This document shows, in pieces, positions 18,208-29,837 of a stretch of DNA of 64,000 bases. The notes below the pieces were generated by a model that had not been told where the DNA came from, did not search any database, and was given only the letters and a program-made list of their open reading frames with translations. Position numbers and translations under genes: made by a program. This DNA is from an uncultured delta proteobacterium (lineage in GTDB: Bacteria > Desulfobacterota > Binatia > UBA9968): positions 64,001 to 128,000 of the forward strand of contig CAVTUQ010000008.1 in the NCBI GenBank assembly GCA_963737905.1, read 5' to 3'. Within the stretch, counting starts at the first letter, position 1. Every line of letters starts with the position of its first letter.

Positions 18208-19458
18208 ATGCCAAAGCACGGTGAGACTTCGGGAAATCTTGTCTGCTCTTTCTGCGGGAAGAGTCAGGATGAGGTGCGCAAGCTGATTGCGGGCCCGACA
18301 GTATATATTTGCGATGAGTGCATCGATCTTTGCAACGATATCATCGCTGAGGAGTGCGAGCACGACGAAACTCTGACGGCGTCGTCCAATGTACCCAAAC
18401 CCGCCGAGATCAAACGCGTATTAGATCAGTACGTGATTGGTCAGGAGAGGGCGAAAAAGATCCTGGCTGTAGCCGTCCATAATCACTACAAGCGCATCGA
18501 TAGCCAGATGGTCACGGGGGATGTGGAGTTGCAGAAAAGCAACATCCTTCTGCTGGGACCGACGGGATCGGGAAAAACATTGTTGGCGCAGACTTTGGCT
18601 CGTTTTCTCCAAGTTCCCTTCACCATCGCTGACGCCACCAGCCTGACCGAGGCAGGGTATGTCGGAGAGGATGTAGAAAATATCATTCTTAGCCTCCTCC
18701 AAGCTGCCGACTACGACGTTGAAAAAGCTCAGCGTGGGATCGTCTATATAGATGAAATCGACAAAATCTCGCGGAAGGCAGACAACCCGTCGATAACTCG
18801 CGACGTTTCGGGCGAAGGCGTACAGCAGGCGTTGCTGAAGATCATTGAAGGAACGATGGCGAGCGTCCCTCCGAAGGGTGGCCGAAAACACCCACAGCAG
18901 GAGTTCCTGCAAGTGGATACGACCAACATCCTTTTCATCTGCGGTGGCGCGTTTGTCGGGCTCGAGGACATCATTCGCAAGCGGACGGGACGCAAGCGGA
19001 TGGGATTTGGCGGTGAGCTCGAAGAAAGAGATGGTAGAAGACCGACCGAACTTTTGCATGACGTGCAGCCGGAGGACTTGTTGAAATTTGGTCTGATTCC
19101 CGAGTTTATTGGAAGGCTGCCCGTTATCGCTACGCTGGATGAGCTAGACGAGACAGCCCTGGTACGTATCCTGAGAGAGCCGAAGAATGCGCTGACCAAA
19201 CAGTATTCCAAACTTTTTGACATGGAGAGCGTCCACCTGAAGTTTACCGAGGAAGCACTTCAAGCGATTTCCCGTGAGGCGATGAAACGAAAGTCGGGCG
19301 CGCGCGGACTCAGGGCGATCATGGAAAATATCATGCTCGAAATCATGTACGATATGCCTTCCCAACCCAACATCAAAGAGGTCGTTATTTCCGAGGACGT
19401 TGTAAACAAGAATGAACTTCCCATTGTCGTATACACCAAGGCTGCGGAGAGCGCGTAG
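18208..19458 (+). CDS. clpX: ATP-dependent Clp protease ATP-binding subunit
   Basis: CSFCGK zinc finger, [22 protein letters not shown]. Confidence 0.98.
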   Translation: MPKHGETSGNLVCSFCGKSQDEVRKLIAGPTVYICDECIDLCNDIIAEECEHDETLTASSNVPKPAEIKRVLDQYVIGQERAKKILAVAVHNHYKRIDSQMVTGDVELQKSNILLLGPTGSGKTLLAQTLARFLQVPFTIADATSLTEAGYVGEDVENIILSLLQAADYDVEKAQRGIVYIDEIDKISRKADNPSITRDVSGEGVQQALLKIIEGTMASVPPKGGRKHPQQEFLQVDTTNILFICGGAFVGLEDIIRKRTGRKRMGFGGELEERDGRRPTELLHDVQPEDLLKFGLIPEFIGRLPVIATLDELDETALVRILREPKNALTKQYSKLFDMESVHLKFTEEALQAISREAMKRKSGARGLRAIMENIMLEIMYDMPSQPNIKEVVISEDVVNKNELPIVVYTKAAESA

Positions 19459-19464
19459 AGAGGA

Positions 19465-21936
19465 ATGGATATGTTATTTCGCAATGATAAAGACAAAAAA
19501 GACGAACCGGCGACCGGCGTAACGCGGGTACCCTTGTTACCTCTCAGGGATATTATCGTTTTTCCTCATATGGTGGTTCCTTTGTTTGTCGGTCGGCAGC
19601 GTTCGATCAAAGCGCTGGAAGAAGCCACACAGAAGCAAGGACCGATCTTCCTTTCGTCCCAAAAGGATGCAAAAACCAATGAGCCAACGGAAGAGGACAT
19701 CTATAAGATCGGTACCCTAGGCACGGTTGTGCAGATGTTAAAGCTTCCTGATGGGACGGTGAAAGTTCTCATCGAGGGCAAGAAGAGGGCTCAAGTTAAC
19801 CGGTTTGTGAACAGTCCGGATTTCTTTTTGGTGGAAGTAGAGGAAGCCCCGGAGATCCTTGAACGGAACACAGAAGTGGAAGCATTAACTCGTGAAGTCC
19901 GCTCGACGTTTGAAAATTACGTCAAGCTGAAAAAGAAAATACCTCCGGAAATGGTGATGTCGGTCTCTTCGATCGACGATCCAGGCCGCTTGGCAGACAC
20001 CATCGTGGCGCATCTGGGCATCAAGCTCGAAGACCGACAAAATCTCCTCGAGACTTTCAATGCCGCAGAACGACTGGAAAAGGTCCTTGGCCATATGCGT
20101 GCCGAGATCGAGATCTTAGAGGTCGAGCGCCGCATTCGCTCGCGGGTAAAAAAGCAGATGGAGCGCTCGCAGAAAGAGTACTATCTGAATGAACAGATGC
20201 GGGCGATTCAGAAAGAATTGGGTGAAAAGGACGAATTCAAAAACGAAATTCAGGAGATTGAAGAAAAGATAAAGCAGAAGAAGCTTTCCGCGGAGGCGCG
20301 CGAGAAGGTGGATAAGGAGCTCAAGAAGCTCAAGATGATGTCACCCATGTCCGCGGAAGCTACGGTGGTCCGGAACTATATCGATTGGATTCTGAGTTTG
20401 CCGTGGAACGAGTTTACCGACGACAAACTCGATATTACCGAGGCCGAAAAGGTCCTCGAAGACGACCATTACGGGTTGGAAAAGGTCAAGGAGCGCATCC
20501 TGGAGTATTTGGCCGTCCAAAGTTTAGTCGGCAAGATCAAGGGTCCCATTCTTTGTCTCGTGGGTCCTCCGGGTGTTGGCAAAACATCATTAGGACGCTC
20601 CATTGCACGGGCAACGGGAAGAAAGTTCGTCCGCGTTTCATTGGGTGGCGTGCGCGATGAGGCAGAAATTCGAGGACATCGACGGACCTATATTGGCGCT
20701 TTGCCTGGCAAAATCGTTCAATCGATGAAGAAGGCGGGATCGAGCAATCCGGTTTTCCTGATGGATGAAATCGATAAGATGTCGACAGATTTTCGCGGGG
20801 ATCCATCCTCGGCGCTGCTTGAAGTTTTGGATCCAGAACAAAATACCACGTTCAATGATCACTATTTGGACTTGGACTACGATCTCTCCAAAGTTATGTT
20901 TATCACGACGGCGAACACGCTGGACCGGATTCCACGCCCGCTGCAAGACCGCATGGAAATTATAAGGATTGCTGGCTACACGGAGCTGGAAAAACTCAGC
21001 ATCGCTAAACGTTACTTATTGGAAAAGCAGAAGGAAGCGAATGGCTTGAAGCCAGAGAATGCCACATTTACGGACAATGCTCTGCTCGGCGTGATTCGGC
21101 ATTACACCAAAGAAGCCGGAGTGCGAAACCTGGAGCGGGAAATCGCCGCCATCTGCCGAAAGGTTGCGGTGGAAGTCGTTAAAAAGGATCGGGACTCGCA
21201 CATCCAAGTGGGCACAAAGAGCCTGCACAGGTATTTGGGTCCCGCCAAATATCGATATGGTAAAGCGGAAGCTGAACAGAAGATCGGAGTGACGACCGGA
21301 TTGGCCTGGACCGAACTCGGTGGTGAGCTCTTGGCGACCGAAGTGACGGTTATGCCCGGAAAGGGACAGCTGATTATCACGGGCAAGCTCGGCGATGTCA
21401 TGCAAGAGTCAGCTCGGGCCGCCATGAGTTACGTACGTTCGCGGGCGACTGAATTAGGATTGGAAAGAGACTTCTATCAGAAGATCGACGTTCACATTCA
21501 TGTCCCTGAAGGGGCGATTCCCAAAGACGGACCCTCGGCCGGCATTACGATGGCGACATCGCTTGTTTCCGCATTGACCAAGGTCCCGGTTTACAACGAC
21601 CTCGCGATGACCGGTGAGATAACACTTAGAGGCGCGGTTCTCCCCATCGGTGGTTTGAAAGAAAAAGTTCTGGCGGCACATCGAGCGGGCATAAAGAAAG
21701 TACTCATCCCGGCAGAAAACGAAAAGGATATTGAAGAGATCCCTGCGAGCGTTCTAAAAACTGTGACGCTGGAATTGGTTGCTCATATGGATCAAGTGCT
21801 GAAGAAGGCCTTGGTTACGGACGATCCAGAGAACCTTTTCAAAGGCCCGCCCGAGCAAGTTGAGTCCAAGGAGGAACCCCCTCCCTTCGCGGGAAAAGTG
21901 GACGAAGTTCCTGGCCCTGAGATTCTGCCACAGTAA
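19465..21936 (+). CDS. lon: Lon protease
   Basis: [32 protein letters not shown]. Confidence 0.98.
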   Translation: MDMLFRNDKDKKDEPATGVTRVPLLPLRDIIVFPHMVVPLFVGRQRSIKALEEATQKQGPIFLSSQKDAKTNEPTEEDIYKIGTLGTVVQMLKLPDGTVKVLIEGKKRAQVNRFVNSPDFFLVEVEEAPEILERNTEVEALTREVRSTFENYVKLKKKIPPEMVMSVSSIDDPGRLADTIVAHLGIKLEDRQNLLETFNAAERLEKVLGHMRAEIEILEVERRIRSRVKKQMERSQKEYYLNEQMRAIQKELGEKDEFKNEIQEIEEKIKQKKLSAEAREKVDKELKKLKMMSPMSAEATVVRNYIDWILSLPWNEFTDDKLDITEAEKVLEDDHYGLEKVKERILEYLAVQSLVGKIKGPILCLVGPPGVGKTSLGRSIARATGRKFVRVSLGGVRDEAEIRGHRRTYIGALPGKIVQSMKKAGSSNPVFLMDEIDKMSTDFRGDPSSALLEVLDPEQNTTFNDHYLDLDYDLSKVMFITTANTLDRIPRPLQDRMEIIRIAGYTELEKLSIAKRYLLEKQKEANGLKPENATFTDNALLGVIRHYTKEAGVRNLEREIAAICRKVAVEVVKKDRDSHIQVGTKSLHRYLGPAKYRYGKAEAEQKIGVTTGLAWTELGGELLATEVTVMPGKGQLIITGKLGDVMQESARAAMSYVRSRATELGLERDFYQKIDVHIHVPEGAIPKDGPSAGITMATSLVSALTKVPVYNDLAMTGEITLRGAVLPIGGLKEKVLAAHRAGIKKVLIPAENEKDIEEIPASVLKTVTLELVAHMDQVLKKALVTDDPENLFKGPPEQVESKEEPPPFAGKVDEVPGPEILPQ

Positions 21937-21959
21937 GTCATTCTAACCGCACAGGTGGT

Positions 21960-21988
21960 TTGACACCCGGTATTCCTGCTGTTATAAA
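21960..21988 (+). promoter_or_regulatory. Putative sigma70 promoter for HU
   Basis: TTGACA-17nt-TATAAA with TGn extension. Confidence 0.6.
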
Positions 21989-22040
21989 ATCCCCTTGCCC
22001 TGTGTTTTGGATTGGGGCAAGGGATGATGAGGGGAGGACA

Positions 22041-22313
22041 ATGACAAAGGCGGATTTAATCGATTCGCTTGCGAAGCGATTTGAGTTACCCCGGCAGAGA
22101 GCGGAAGAGATTATCGGCGGATTGTTTGACGATATCTGTGCCGCTTTAAAGAACAGCGAGAAGGTAAATATTTCCGGGTTTGGTACCTTTTCAGTGTCCC
22201 ACCGAAAAGGGAGGACGGGAAGGAATCCCAAGACCGGTGAAACGATCGAAATTGCTCCGTCCCGAGCAGCCAAATTTAAAGCAGGCAAAATTCTAAAAGA
22301 GTCCCTCAGCTAG
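22041..22313 (+). CDS. hup: HU/IHF family DNA-binding protein
   Basis: MTKADLI, GFGTF, GRNPKTGE; GGAGG RBS. Confidence 0.92.
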   Translation: MTKADLIDSLAKRFELPRQRAEEIIGGLFDDICAALKNSEKVNISGFGTFSVSHRKGRTGRNPKTGETIEIAPSRAAKFKAGKILKESLS

Positions 22314-22420
22314 ATATCATTCACCTTAACGTTGCAACTGGAAACAGCCTAAGGTAATAAAGCTGGACGGTTTGGTCTTTTTAAGGGCGAGCTATGGGCT
22401 GGTGTGTTTTCGTTTGAGAG

Positions 22421-22495
22421 GGGCGGTTAGCTCAGCGGGAGAGCATCGGCCTTACAAGCCGGGGGTCACAGGTTCAAATCCTGTACCGCCCACCA
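22421..22495 (+). tRNA. tRNA-Val(TAC)
   Basis: GGGCGGT/ACCGCCC, anticodon loop CTTACAA, CCA. Confidence 0.96.
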
Positions 22496-22516
22496 GACGG
22501 TTCGTCGCACAGTATC

Positions 22517-22593
22517 GGGGTCGTAGTTCAGCTGGTTAGAACGCCGGCCTGTCACGCCGGAGGTCGCGAGTTCGAGTCTCGTCGGCCCCGCCA
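22517..22593 (+). tRNA. tRNA-Asp(GTC)
   Basis: GGGGTCG/CGGCCCC, CCGGC-CTGTCAC-GCCGG, CCA. Confidence 0.96.
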
Positions 22594-22633
22594 TTTATGT
22601 ATTGAAGGATCGGAGTTTGCGGAGTTAGGGACG

Positions 22634-23059
22634 ATGAAAACAAAGGAAGCGCTTGCCCAACGGCAATGGTATGTGGTCGACGCTCAGGGAAAAGTATTGG
22701 GCCGCATGGCTACTGAAATCGCCAAGGTTTTGCGTGGGAAAAACAAGCCAATTTTTACACCCAATGCCGATGCCGGTGATTTTGTGATTGTCATCAATGC
22801 GCGAGGTGTGAAACTTACGGGAAAAAAGCTTCAAAAGAAGGTCTATTATCGCCACACCGAATATCCGGGTGGGATTCGCGAAAGAACGGCTGAAAAGATG
22901 CTGGAAGAGAAACCTGAGGACCTAGTGCTTCTGGCCGTTAAGGGGATGTTGCCAAAAAACCGGTTGAGTAGAAAGTTATTTACCAAGCTTAAGGTTTATG
23001 CAGGTCCCGAACATCCTCACGAAGCACAAAAGCCACAACCCCTGCTGATTGAAACATAG
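22634..23059 (+). CDS. rplM: 50S ribosomal protein L13
   Basis: [28 protein letters not shown]. Confidence 0.98.
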   Translation: MKTKEALAQRQWYVVDAQGKVLGRMATEIAKVLRGKNKPIFTPNADAGDFVIVINARGVKLTGKKLQKKVYYRHTEYPGGIRERTAEKMLEEKPEDLVLLAVKGMLPKNRLSRKLFTKLKVYAGPEHPHEAQKPQPLLIET

Positions 23060-23073
23060 GAGTATAAGGATAG

Positions 23074-23466
23074 ATGGCTGAGAGGATGATTACCGCAACT
23101 GGAAGAAGGAAAACTTCTGTCGCCCGTGTCTTTTTGCGACAAGGTAAGGGTGCGATCTCGATCAATGAGCGATCGTTGGAGGAATACTTTGGTCGCGAAA
23201 CAGAACGAATGATTGTGCTCCAACCTTTTGGAGTGCTACAGGCCAGCGGCAGTTTTGACATCGAAGTCAATGTCAAAGGCGGCGGTAGCTCCGGTCAGGC
23301 GGGAGCCATCCGTCATGGGATTACACGCGCGCTCATACAGGCCGACTCCGCATTTCGTTCGCCACTTAAAAAGGCCGGGTTTGTCACGCGTGATCCGCGC
23401 GCTGTGGAACGAAAAAAGTACGGTCGCCATAAGGCGCGAAAGCGACCGCAGTACTCCAAACGATAG
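23074..23466 (+). CDS. rpsI: 30S ribosomal protein S9
   Basis: [31 protein letters not shown]. Confidence 0.98.
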   Translation: MAERMITATGRRKTSVARVFLRQGKGAISINERSLEEYFGRETERMIVLQPFGVLQASGSFDIEVNVKGGGSSGQAGAIRHGITRALIQADSAFRSPLKKAGFVTRDPRAVERKKYGRHKARKRPQYSKR

Positions 23467-23606
23467 AATCCTTATCTGAGCCGTCGGATCGGCTAAAACA
23501 TTTCGTTTTGCATGCTTGAGCACCTCGGGCGCTTCGTGGGTTGAACCTGTACGCATACTGATTCCTTCACACCGCGCCTTTGAAGTGCTTCACTCTCACG
23601 TGAAAC

Positions 23607-24716
23607 CTAAGCTTCCGCTGTGAAGAAAAATAATCCGATCAATGCGAAGATGCTGTTGGGGATCCAAGCGGCGGCCCAAGGGGGGAGCGCGCCGTTGTGG
23701 CCAAGAGAAACGCAAAAGGCCGACAGGACCCAGTAACCAAAGCCGATGAGCATCGCCACCCCGAAGCTCATCGCCATGCTACCGCTCATTTGTCTCCGAA
23801 GCGCGAAAGGGATAGCGATCAGAATCATCAGCGGCGAAATCAACGGGAAGGCCAATTTGGACTGTAAATCGACCTCGTAAGAAGTGGCGTCTATCCCTTT
23901 GTTCTTCATATCGAAAATCTGTTTTTGTAAATCAAAAAAGGTAAATTCGTCCGCATCCCGCGCCAGCAGTTTGAGATCCTGCGGGGTTTCTGAAATCGGA
24001 GGTGCGGTGTTTGGTTTTTGATTAATCACTTTCCCGTCCGGCAAAAAATGCCATTCTGTGATTTCGTTGGCTTCCCAACCTTGACCGGTCCAGCGAGCGC
24101 TCGGAATCTCCATCAATCCGCGCAGGCTCAAATCACGATTTAAGAGGAAAATAGTGATGCCCCGTAGAGTGCTTGTTGAGGGGTCGAAGTTATCGATGTT
24201 GATAAAACTGCCTTCTCCCCTTATCCATATGTCCGCCGTACCGAACAGACTTTGTTGTTGTTTGTTTTTCACCTCGGTCTTGAAGATGGTTTGTGCTTGA
24301 TGCGCAAACGCGGGTACAAGCGCTTCGTTCCAAAAAAAAGTGAACACGCAGATGAACAAAGAGAGAATCAACAGAGGAAGCGCGATACGTTGGACCCTAA
24401 TGCCATTCGATCGCATGGCGGTAATCTCCTGCGTTCGCGTCAACATTCCGAGACAAAACAAAGCAGAAAACAAAGTTGCGAAACCGATCACGCGGGAAAT
24501 GGAACCCGGAGCCTTGTAGAGGAAGTAGCGGATGATAGTCCCTATCGAGGCCCCACTATCGACAAAATTACTGATGCGGTCAAAGAAATCGACGACCAGA
24601 TAGAGAGCGGTAATACAAATCAGACTGATGACAAAAGCGCGCAGGAATCCCTGTGCTAAGTAGCGGTCGAGGATGCCACCCATAGGAAGAAATCTCACGT
24701 TTCCGCGCGCTGCCAT
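23607..24716 (-). CDS. lptG: LPS export ABC permease LptG
   Basis: ILDRYL, EITAMRSNG, AAWIPN; tandem with lptF (start 24716 or 24683). Confidence 0.9.
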   Translation of the reverse strand: MAARGNVRFLPMGGILDRYLAQGFLRAFVISLICITALYLVVDFFDRISNFVDSGASIGTIIRYFLYKAPGSISRVIGFATLFSALFCLGMLTRTQEITAMRSNGIRVQRIALPLLILSLFICVFTFFWNEALVPAFAHQAQTIFKTEVKNKQQQSLFGTADIWIRGEGSFINIDNFDPSTSTLRGITIFLLNRDLSLRGLMEIPSARWTGQGWEANEITEWHFLPDGKVINQKPNTAPPISETPQDLKLLARDADEFTFFDLQKQIFDMKNKGIDATSYEVDLQSKLAFPLISPLMILIAIPFALRRQMSGSMAMSFGVAMLIGFGYWVLSAFCVSLGHNGALPPWAAAWIPNSIFALIGLFFFTAEA

Positions 24717-24726
24717 GCTGATGTCC

Positions 24727-25926
24727 TTAGTCTCTATGTTTCGACTTGAGCTGGCTGAAATATTGACTGGCCGAGGCAAGCGCGGTCTCTAATCCAGCCT
24801 GAAAGCGCAACGGGGATTCGCGGCATGCCTTTCTAAAGAAGTGGACGGAAACTCCTCCTACGACAAGATTGGGAAGCCAGAGCGCCAGGATCGGGTGAAA
24901 AACCCCTTTATCACCGAGTGCCTTTCCGAGAGAAAGAAACGCATAATAGGTGAGCAGCCAAAAAAAACATAGCATGAGTCCCCACGAACGGTTAGCTCGA
25001 GAGCTTCGAGGTAGTAGAGTCAATGACACGCCCAGGAGGCAAAATACCAACGGAGCAAAGCCGAAAGAGATCCGTTGATGAAATTCCATCCGCTCGGGTA
25101 TGGTTTTGGCTCCCTCTGCCTCCTTCTCTTGAATGATCCTGACCAAATGGCGGATGGACATCTCTTTCGGCCCTGCCTCCTTCCTTTTGACAGGGCTGAT
25201 GAGCTCATCGAGGTCAAGCTTAAAATCATAGACATTGAAGCGAGTTTGGCTGAAACCGGGCCGATTTTTTTCCCTTTCGTAAATGGAGCCGTCAAAGAGC
25301 TTGAGCCCTAACGTGTTTGTTTCCTCGTCGGTGGTAATGAGCCCGACCTTTCCCAAGATGATATCTTCTCTAAGGCGATCGCGCTTATCAACGATAAGTA
25401 CGCCTTGGGCCGTGCTACCCGGTGGGATAATTTCTTCCACGTAGATAAGGATATTGGGAAAGTCGTCGTTGAAAACCTTCTCCTTTAGAGCTGTTCCCAC
25501 ACGGCTTTTAGCAATGTTATAAAGTTCTTTCTTAATGGCCAAATTGGCCGCCGGTCGTGCCAGCATGGTTAGCAACAATGTGACGATGGCGATCATCAGC
25601 GCGACGATACCGAGGGGCCAAAGAATTTGCGTGGGACTGATGCCGGAAGCTTTCATAGCAAGCAGTTCTTGATCGCTGGACAGTCTCCCCAAACCAAGAA
25701 GAATGGCCAACAAGAATGCCATTGGAACTGTTAACTCTAAAAAAGTGGGTAAAATTAGAGAAAAAAGCTTAGCCGTTTGGACTAGAGGGACACCTCGAGT
25801 GATGACTAACTCGATCAACTTCAAGATACGGGCAATCAAGAGGATGAATGTAAAAGCCAGAAGCCCGAAAAAAAATGGGGGAAGAATCTCGGAAATCAAA
25901 TAGCGAGTCAGGGTTTTGTATCCCAC
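24727..25926 (-). CDS. lptF: LPS export ABC permease LptF
   Basis: LTRYLISEI, GRLSSDQELLAMKASGIS, LWLPN. Confidence 0.9.
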   Translation of the reverse strand: MGYKTLTRYLISEILPPFFFGLLAFTFILLIARILKLIELVITRGVPLVQTAKLFSLILPTFLELTVPMAFLLAILLGLGRLSSDQELLAMKASGISPTQILWPLGIVALMIAIVTLLLTMLARPAANLAIKKELYNIAKSRVGTALKEKVFNDDFPNILIYVEEIIPPGSTAQGVLIVDKRDRLREDIILGKVGLITTDEETNTLGLKLFDGSIYEREKNRPGFSQTRFNVYDFKLDLDELISPVKRKEAGPKEMSIRHLVRIIQEKEAEGAKTIPERMEFHQRISFGFAPLVFCLLGVSLTLLPRSSRANRSWGLMLCFFWLLTYYAFLSLGKALGDKGVFHPILALWLPNLVVGGVSVHFFRKACRESPLRFQAGLETALASASQYFSQLKSKHRD

Positions 25927-25992
25927 GATCCTGTCATGCTATCTGTTGGTTTTGTGTTTGTAAAATCCTCCAGACAGTTTTGGAGAACGGAG

Positions 25993-26766
25993 ATGAGTAG
26001 AGAGGCACCAAGATTTCTTTTTGGCATCAATCCCGTATTGGAGAAACTCAAGGCCTCGCCTCATGACATCTCCAAAATCTTGATTGCCAGCGGCTCGTCT
26101 GCAGCGGTCTTACGCGGTGTTGACGCGCAAGCCAGGGGTCTTGGGATACGTATAAGCTTCGTGCCGCCGGAGCTTTTGGATCGATTGTCGGATGGGCAAA
26201 GGCATCAAGGGGTAGTAGCCGAGGTCGTAGACTATTCTTACTTATCTTTTGCAGATTTGCTCAAGGCGATTTCATCACACTCCGGATTGGTTTGGATTCT
26301 GATCCTGGACGGATTGACGGACCCAAGAAATTTTGGCGCTTTGTTGCGGACTGCGGAGTCTGTAGGGATTCATCACATTGTGATTCCCAAGGACCGTGCC
26401 GTCGCCGTGACCTCGACTGTTATTAAGGCTTCTGCGGGCGCAGCTCATTACCTCAGTATTTACCGTGCGACTAATCTCAGGCGCGCCATTTCGGACCTGA
26501 AGGAGCTGGGATTCTGGATCGTGGGCTTAGACATTAAGGCGCCAGAGTCGATCTATGACAGGGTATATCCGCAGCGGCTCGGGATCGTCTTGGGAAGCGA
26601 AGGCGGAGGCATCCGTCCTCTGATCTTAAGAGAGTGCGATTTTCTGGCATCCATACCGATGCGAGGGAAAATCGCCTCGCTCAACGTTGCGGTCGCCGGG
26701 GCCGTCTTTCTTTATGAATTAGTGCGCCAGGCACATCGCATTGACAAGGAAGGGACGAAGGGATAA
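25993..26766 (+). CDS. rlmB: 23S rRNA (Gm2251) methyltransferase, SpoU family
   Basis: HQGVVA, LDGLTDPRNFGALLRTA, GSEGGG, SLNVAVA. Confidence 0.93.
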   Translation: MSREAPRFLFGINPVLEKLKASPHDISKILIASGSSAAVLRGVDAQARGLGIRISFVPPELLDRLSDGQRHQGVVAEVVDYSYLSFADLLKAISSHSGLVWILILDGLTDPRNFGALLRTAESVGIHHIVIPKDRAVAVTSTVIKASAGAAHYLSIYRATNLRRAISDLKELGFWIVGLDIKAPESIYDRVYPQRLGIVLGSEGGGIRPLILRECDFLASIPMRGKIASLNVAVAGAVFLYELVRQAHRIDKEGTKG

Positions 26767-26810
26767 TAGGTGTCAGAGATAGGTATTTTACGCCGGTTTT
26801 GTCTTACCTG

Positions 26811-26840
26811 TTGACATCGGAAGCTGAAGGTGGTTTAAAT
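26811..26840 (+). promoter_or_regulatory. Putative promoter for the tRNA-tuf operon
   Basis: TTGACA-18nt-TTAAAT. Confidence 0.5.
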
Positions 26841-26983
26841 ATCCGTTTACGAACAGGGAATTGATATTCTCTGTGCCGTCGTTCGCCATATAGGCTCAGG
26901 ATCCGTACGGTATAGGTCATAATCCCTCACCAATTAATCAGGATGTCGCTATTTGATGGCGCATGGGAATGTTCTCGAGCCAT

Positions 26984-27058
26984 GCTGGCGTAGCTCAACG
27001 GTAGAGCAGCTGATTTGTAATCAGCAGGTTGTAGGTTCAAGTCCTATCGCCAGCTCCA
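26984..27058 (+). tRNA. tRNA-Thr(TGT)
   Basis: GCTGGCG/CGCCAGC, GCTGA-TTTGTAA-TCAGC, CCA. Confidence 0.96.
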
Positions 27059-27151
27059 GACAGATTAATTGTCATGGTGTTGAGATATACAGAACGGCGA
27101 TCGCTCGTTGGAAGCACGGGGCAAGGGATAGTGCAGTTTTTAGAGAGAAGA

Positions 27152-27236
<85 letters not shown>

Positions 27237-27245
27237 TTTTTGTTT

Positions 27246-27321
27246 GCGGGAATAGCTCAGTTGGTAGAGCGCGAGCCTTCCAAGCTCGGGGTCGCGGGTT
27301 CGAGTCCCGTTTCCCGCTCCA
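27246..27321 (+). tRNA. tRNA-Gly(TCC)
   Basis: GCGGGAA/TTCCCGC, CGAGC-CTTCCAA-GCTCG, CCA. Confidence 0.96.
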
Positions 27322-27410
27322 ATTTGCGCATGACTGTGATGGCGGATAGCGGATGGCTGGCCTCTTTGTGGAGAAATTTAGGCCGTAGGCTATGGCCCGT
27401 TGACAGGTAT

Positions 27411-27483
27411 GCCCAGGTAGCTCAGTCGGTAGAGCACGTCCTTGGTAAGGACGAGGTCAGCGGTTCAATCCCGCTCCTGGGCT
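27411..27483 (+). tRNA. tRNA-Thr(GGT), no encoded CCA
   Basis: GCCCAGG/CCTGGGC, CGTCC-TTGGTAA-GGACG, followed by TTTT. Confidence 0.94.
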
Positions 27484-27578
27484 TTTGCCGGAATTGAGGT
27501 TGCTTTACGCCGAAGAGTTAGGAATGCAAACAAAACCGTACAGCCATTGACTGGGAAACATAGTAGTAGGAGGAAGTG

Positions 27579-28769
27579 ATGAGCAAGCAGAAATTTGAGC
27601 GAAAAAAGCCTCACCTGAATATCGGTACGATCGGTCACGTCGACCACGGGAAAACAACGTTGACCGCCGCGATTACCAAGGTGTTGGAGAAGCAGGGTAA
27701 GGCCAAGTTCATGGCTTATGATCAGATCGACAAAGCACCGGAAGAAAGAGAGCGGGGGGTCACGATCAATATCGCCCACGTCGAGTATGAGACGGATAAG
27801 CGCCACTATGCTCACGTTGATTGCCCAGGCCACGCGGACTATATAAAGAACATGATCACCGGGGCCGCCCAGATGGATGGCGCGATTTTGGTGGTTTCGG
27901 CGGCTGACGGCCCCATGCCGCAAACCCGGGAACACATCTTGCTCGCACGACAAGTCGGGGTCCCGGCCATTGTGGTCTACTTGAACAAGGCAGATATGGT
28001 CGACGATAAGGAACTCCTAGAACTTGTCGAGTTAGAGGTTAGGGAGCTGCTTTCCAAGTATAAGTTTCCAGGAGATGATACTCCGATCGTCGTGGGAAGC
28101 GCCCTAAAGGCGTTGGAGGGGGATACGTCAGAGATCGGCGAAGGGTCGATCATGAAGCTTATGGAGGCTGTGGATTCGTTTATTCAGGAGCCTGTCCGGG
28201 CCATCGATAAACCGTTCATCATGCCGGTGGAAGATGTCTTCACCATCAGCGGTCGCGGAACCGTAGTCACCGGTCGTGTGGAGCGCGGGATCGTCAAGGT
28301 CGGCGAAGAGATTGAGATCGTGGGATTTAGGGATACTCAAAAAACGGTGGCGACGGGTGTCGAGATGTTTCGCAAGCTCTTGGACGAGGGCCGAGCCGGC
28401 GACAACATTGGCGTGCTGCTGCGAGGAACCAAGCGCGAAGAGGTTGAGAGAGGGCAGGTTCTAGCCAAACCCGGCAGCATTACGCCGCATACAAAATTTA
28501 ACGCCGAGGCTTACGTACTAACTAAAGAAGAGGGTGGACGGCACACACCCTTTTTCAACGGCTACCGGCCACAGTTCTACTTCCGAACCACCGATGTTAC
28601 TGGGGTTGTGAAGCTTCCTCAGGGCACCGAAATGGTCATGCCCGGTGACAATATCAATGCAGAGATCGAGTTGATCACGCCGGTGGCCATGGACGAAGGG
28701 CTGAAATTCGCGATCCGCGAAGGCGGTAAGACCGTCGGCGCAGGCATCGTGACCAAGATCATCCAGTAA
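27579..28769 (+). CDS. tuf: Elongation factor Tu
   Basis: [20 protein letters not shown]. Confidence 0.99.
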   Translation: MSKQKFERKKPHLNIGTIGHVDHGKTTLTAAITKVLEKQGKAKFMAYDQIDKAPEERERGVTINIAHVEYETDKRHYAHVDCPGHADYIKNMITGAAQMDGAILVVSAADGPMPQTREHILLARQVGVPAIVVYLNKADMVDDKELLELVELEVRELLSKYKFPGDDTPIVVGSALKALEGDTSEIGEGSIMKLMEAVDSFIQEPVRAIDKPFIMPVEDVFTISGRGTVVTGRVERGIVKVGEEIEIVGFRDTQKTVATGVEMFRKLLDEGRAGDNIGVLLRGTKREEVERGQVLAKPGSITPHTKFNAEAYVLTKEEGGRHTPFFNGYRPQFYFRTTDVTGVVKLPQGTEMVMPGDNINAEIELITPVAMDEGLKFAIREGGKTVGAGIVTKIIQ

Positions 28770-28792
28770 CTCCAAGGAGGGAGGCTGCGATC

Positions 28793-28945
28793 ATGCGAGA
28801 ACTCATAGGGTTTGCTTGCGACCAATGTAAGCGAAAGAATTACACGACGACGAAAAACAGAAAGAAGACTACGGAAAAATTGGCTCTTAAGAAATTCTGT
28901 TCTTCTTGCCGGATCCATACCCTGCATCGCGAGGTAAAAGTCTAA
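28793..28945 (+). CDS. rpmG: 50S ribosomal protein L33 (Zn-ribbon type), missing from the ORF track
   Basis: Translated by hand: MRELIGFACDQCKRKNYTTTKNRKKTTEKLALKKFCSSCRIHTLHREVKV. Confidence 0.96.
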   Translation: MRELIGFACDQCKRKNYTTTKNRKKTTEKLALKKFCSSCRIHTLHREVKV

Positions 28946-28956
28946 CAAAGATACAG

Positions 28957-29034
28957 GGGTCAGTAGCTCCAATTGGCTAGAGCGCCGGACTCCAAATCCG
29001 GTTGTTGCAGGTTCGAGTCCTGCCTGACCCGCCA
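28957..29034 (+). tRNA. tRNA-Trp(CCA)
   Basis: GGGTCAG/CTGACCC, CCGGA-CTCCAAA-TCCGG, CCA. Confidence 0.96.
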
Positions 29035-29055
29035 TCTCATCGCGTTGGGCATTTC

Positions 29056-29271
29056 ATGGGAGATTGGATCGAGAAAGTCCAGGATAGTGTTCGCCGCTTA
29101 ACTGGGTTCTTCCAAGAGTCCTGGCAGGAACTGAGGAAAGTCCATTGGCCATCACGTAAAGAGACTTACGCCGCCACCCTGGTTGTCATAATTCTAGTAG
29201 TACTGATTTCCGTGTACTTGGCAGTGGTGGATTTGGGCCTTACTAGAGCGATTCAGGCGATTGTCGACTAG
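29056..29271 (+). CDS. secE: Preprotein translocase SecE
   Basis: ELRKVHWPSRKE plus one TM segment; synteny. Confidence 0.95.
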   Translation: MGDWIEKVQDSVRRLTGFFQESWQELRKVHWPSRKETYAATLVVIILVVLISVYLAVVDLGLTRAIQAIVD

Positions 29272-29288
29272 ATTCTTAGGTTTCCCGT

Positions 29289-29819
29289 ATGGCGAAACAA
29301 TGGTACATCGTTCACACCTTTTCGGGATATGAGCAGAAGGCTAAAGTCGCTTTGGAGGAAAGAATCAAAGCGCTCGGCAAGCAAGAGTACTTTGGCGAGA
29401 TCTTGGTGCCGGTAGAGAAGGTGGTCGAGCTCGTTAAAGGGAAGAAGAAGACTTCTTCAAGGAAGTTCTTCCCCGGCTATATCTTGGTTCAGATGGAGCT
29501 CGATGATGAGACGTGGCATGTCGTCAAAGAGACTCCGAAGGTTACTGGTTTCGTTGGTGGAAGCACTAATCCACCGTCGGTGAGTGATGAGGAGGTTCGG
29601 ACCATTACCCAACAGATGGAGGAAGGGGCGATCAAGCCGAAGCCCCGGGTTCTCTTTTCGGTCGGCGAGAATGTTAAGGTGGTCGATGGTCCGTTTGCGG
29701 ATTTTAACGGCGTAGTGGAAGAAGTTAAGCCGGACAAAGGCAAGCTCAGAGTGCTGATTAGCATTTTTGGCAGGGCCACGCCGGTGGAGTTGGAATTTGT
29801 TCAGGTGGAGCGCAACTAG
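29289..29819 (+). CDS. nusG: Transcription antitermination factor NusG
   Basis: WYIVHTFSGYE, FPGYILV, IFGRATPVEL. Confidence 0.98.
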   Translation: MAKQWYIVHTFSGYEQKAKVALEERIKALGKQEYFGEILVPVEKVVELVKGKKKTSSRKFFPGYILVQMELDDETWHVVKETPKVTGFVGGSTNPPSVSDEEVRTITQQMEEGAIKPKPRVLFSVGENVKVVDGPFADFNGVVEEVKPDKGKLRVLISIFGRATPVELEFVQVERN

Positions 29820-29837
29820 CGAGAAGGATCGAGGACC

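Noticed and set aside
26840-27151. Possible ncRNA in the long leader and spacer around tRNA-Thr(TGT); CAATTAATC/GATTAATTG complementarity
   Set aside because: Only short AT-rich pairings; cannot be told apart from an ordinary tRNA operon leader without covariation data.
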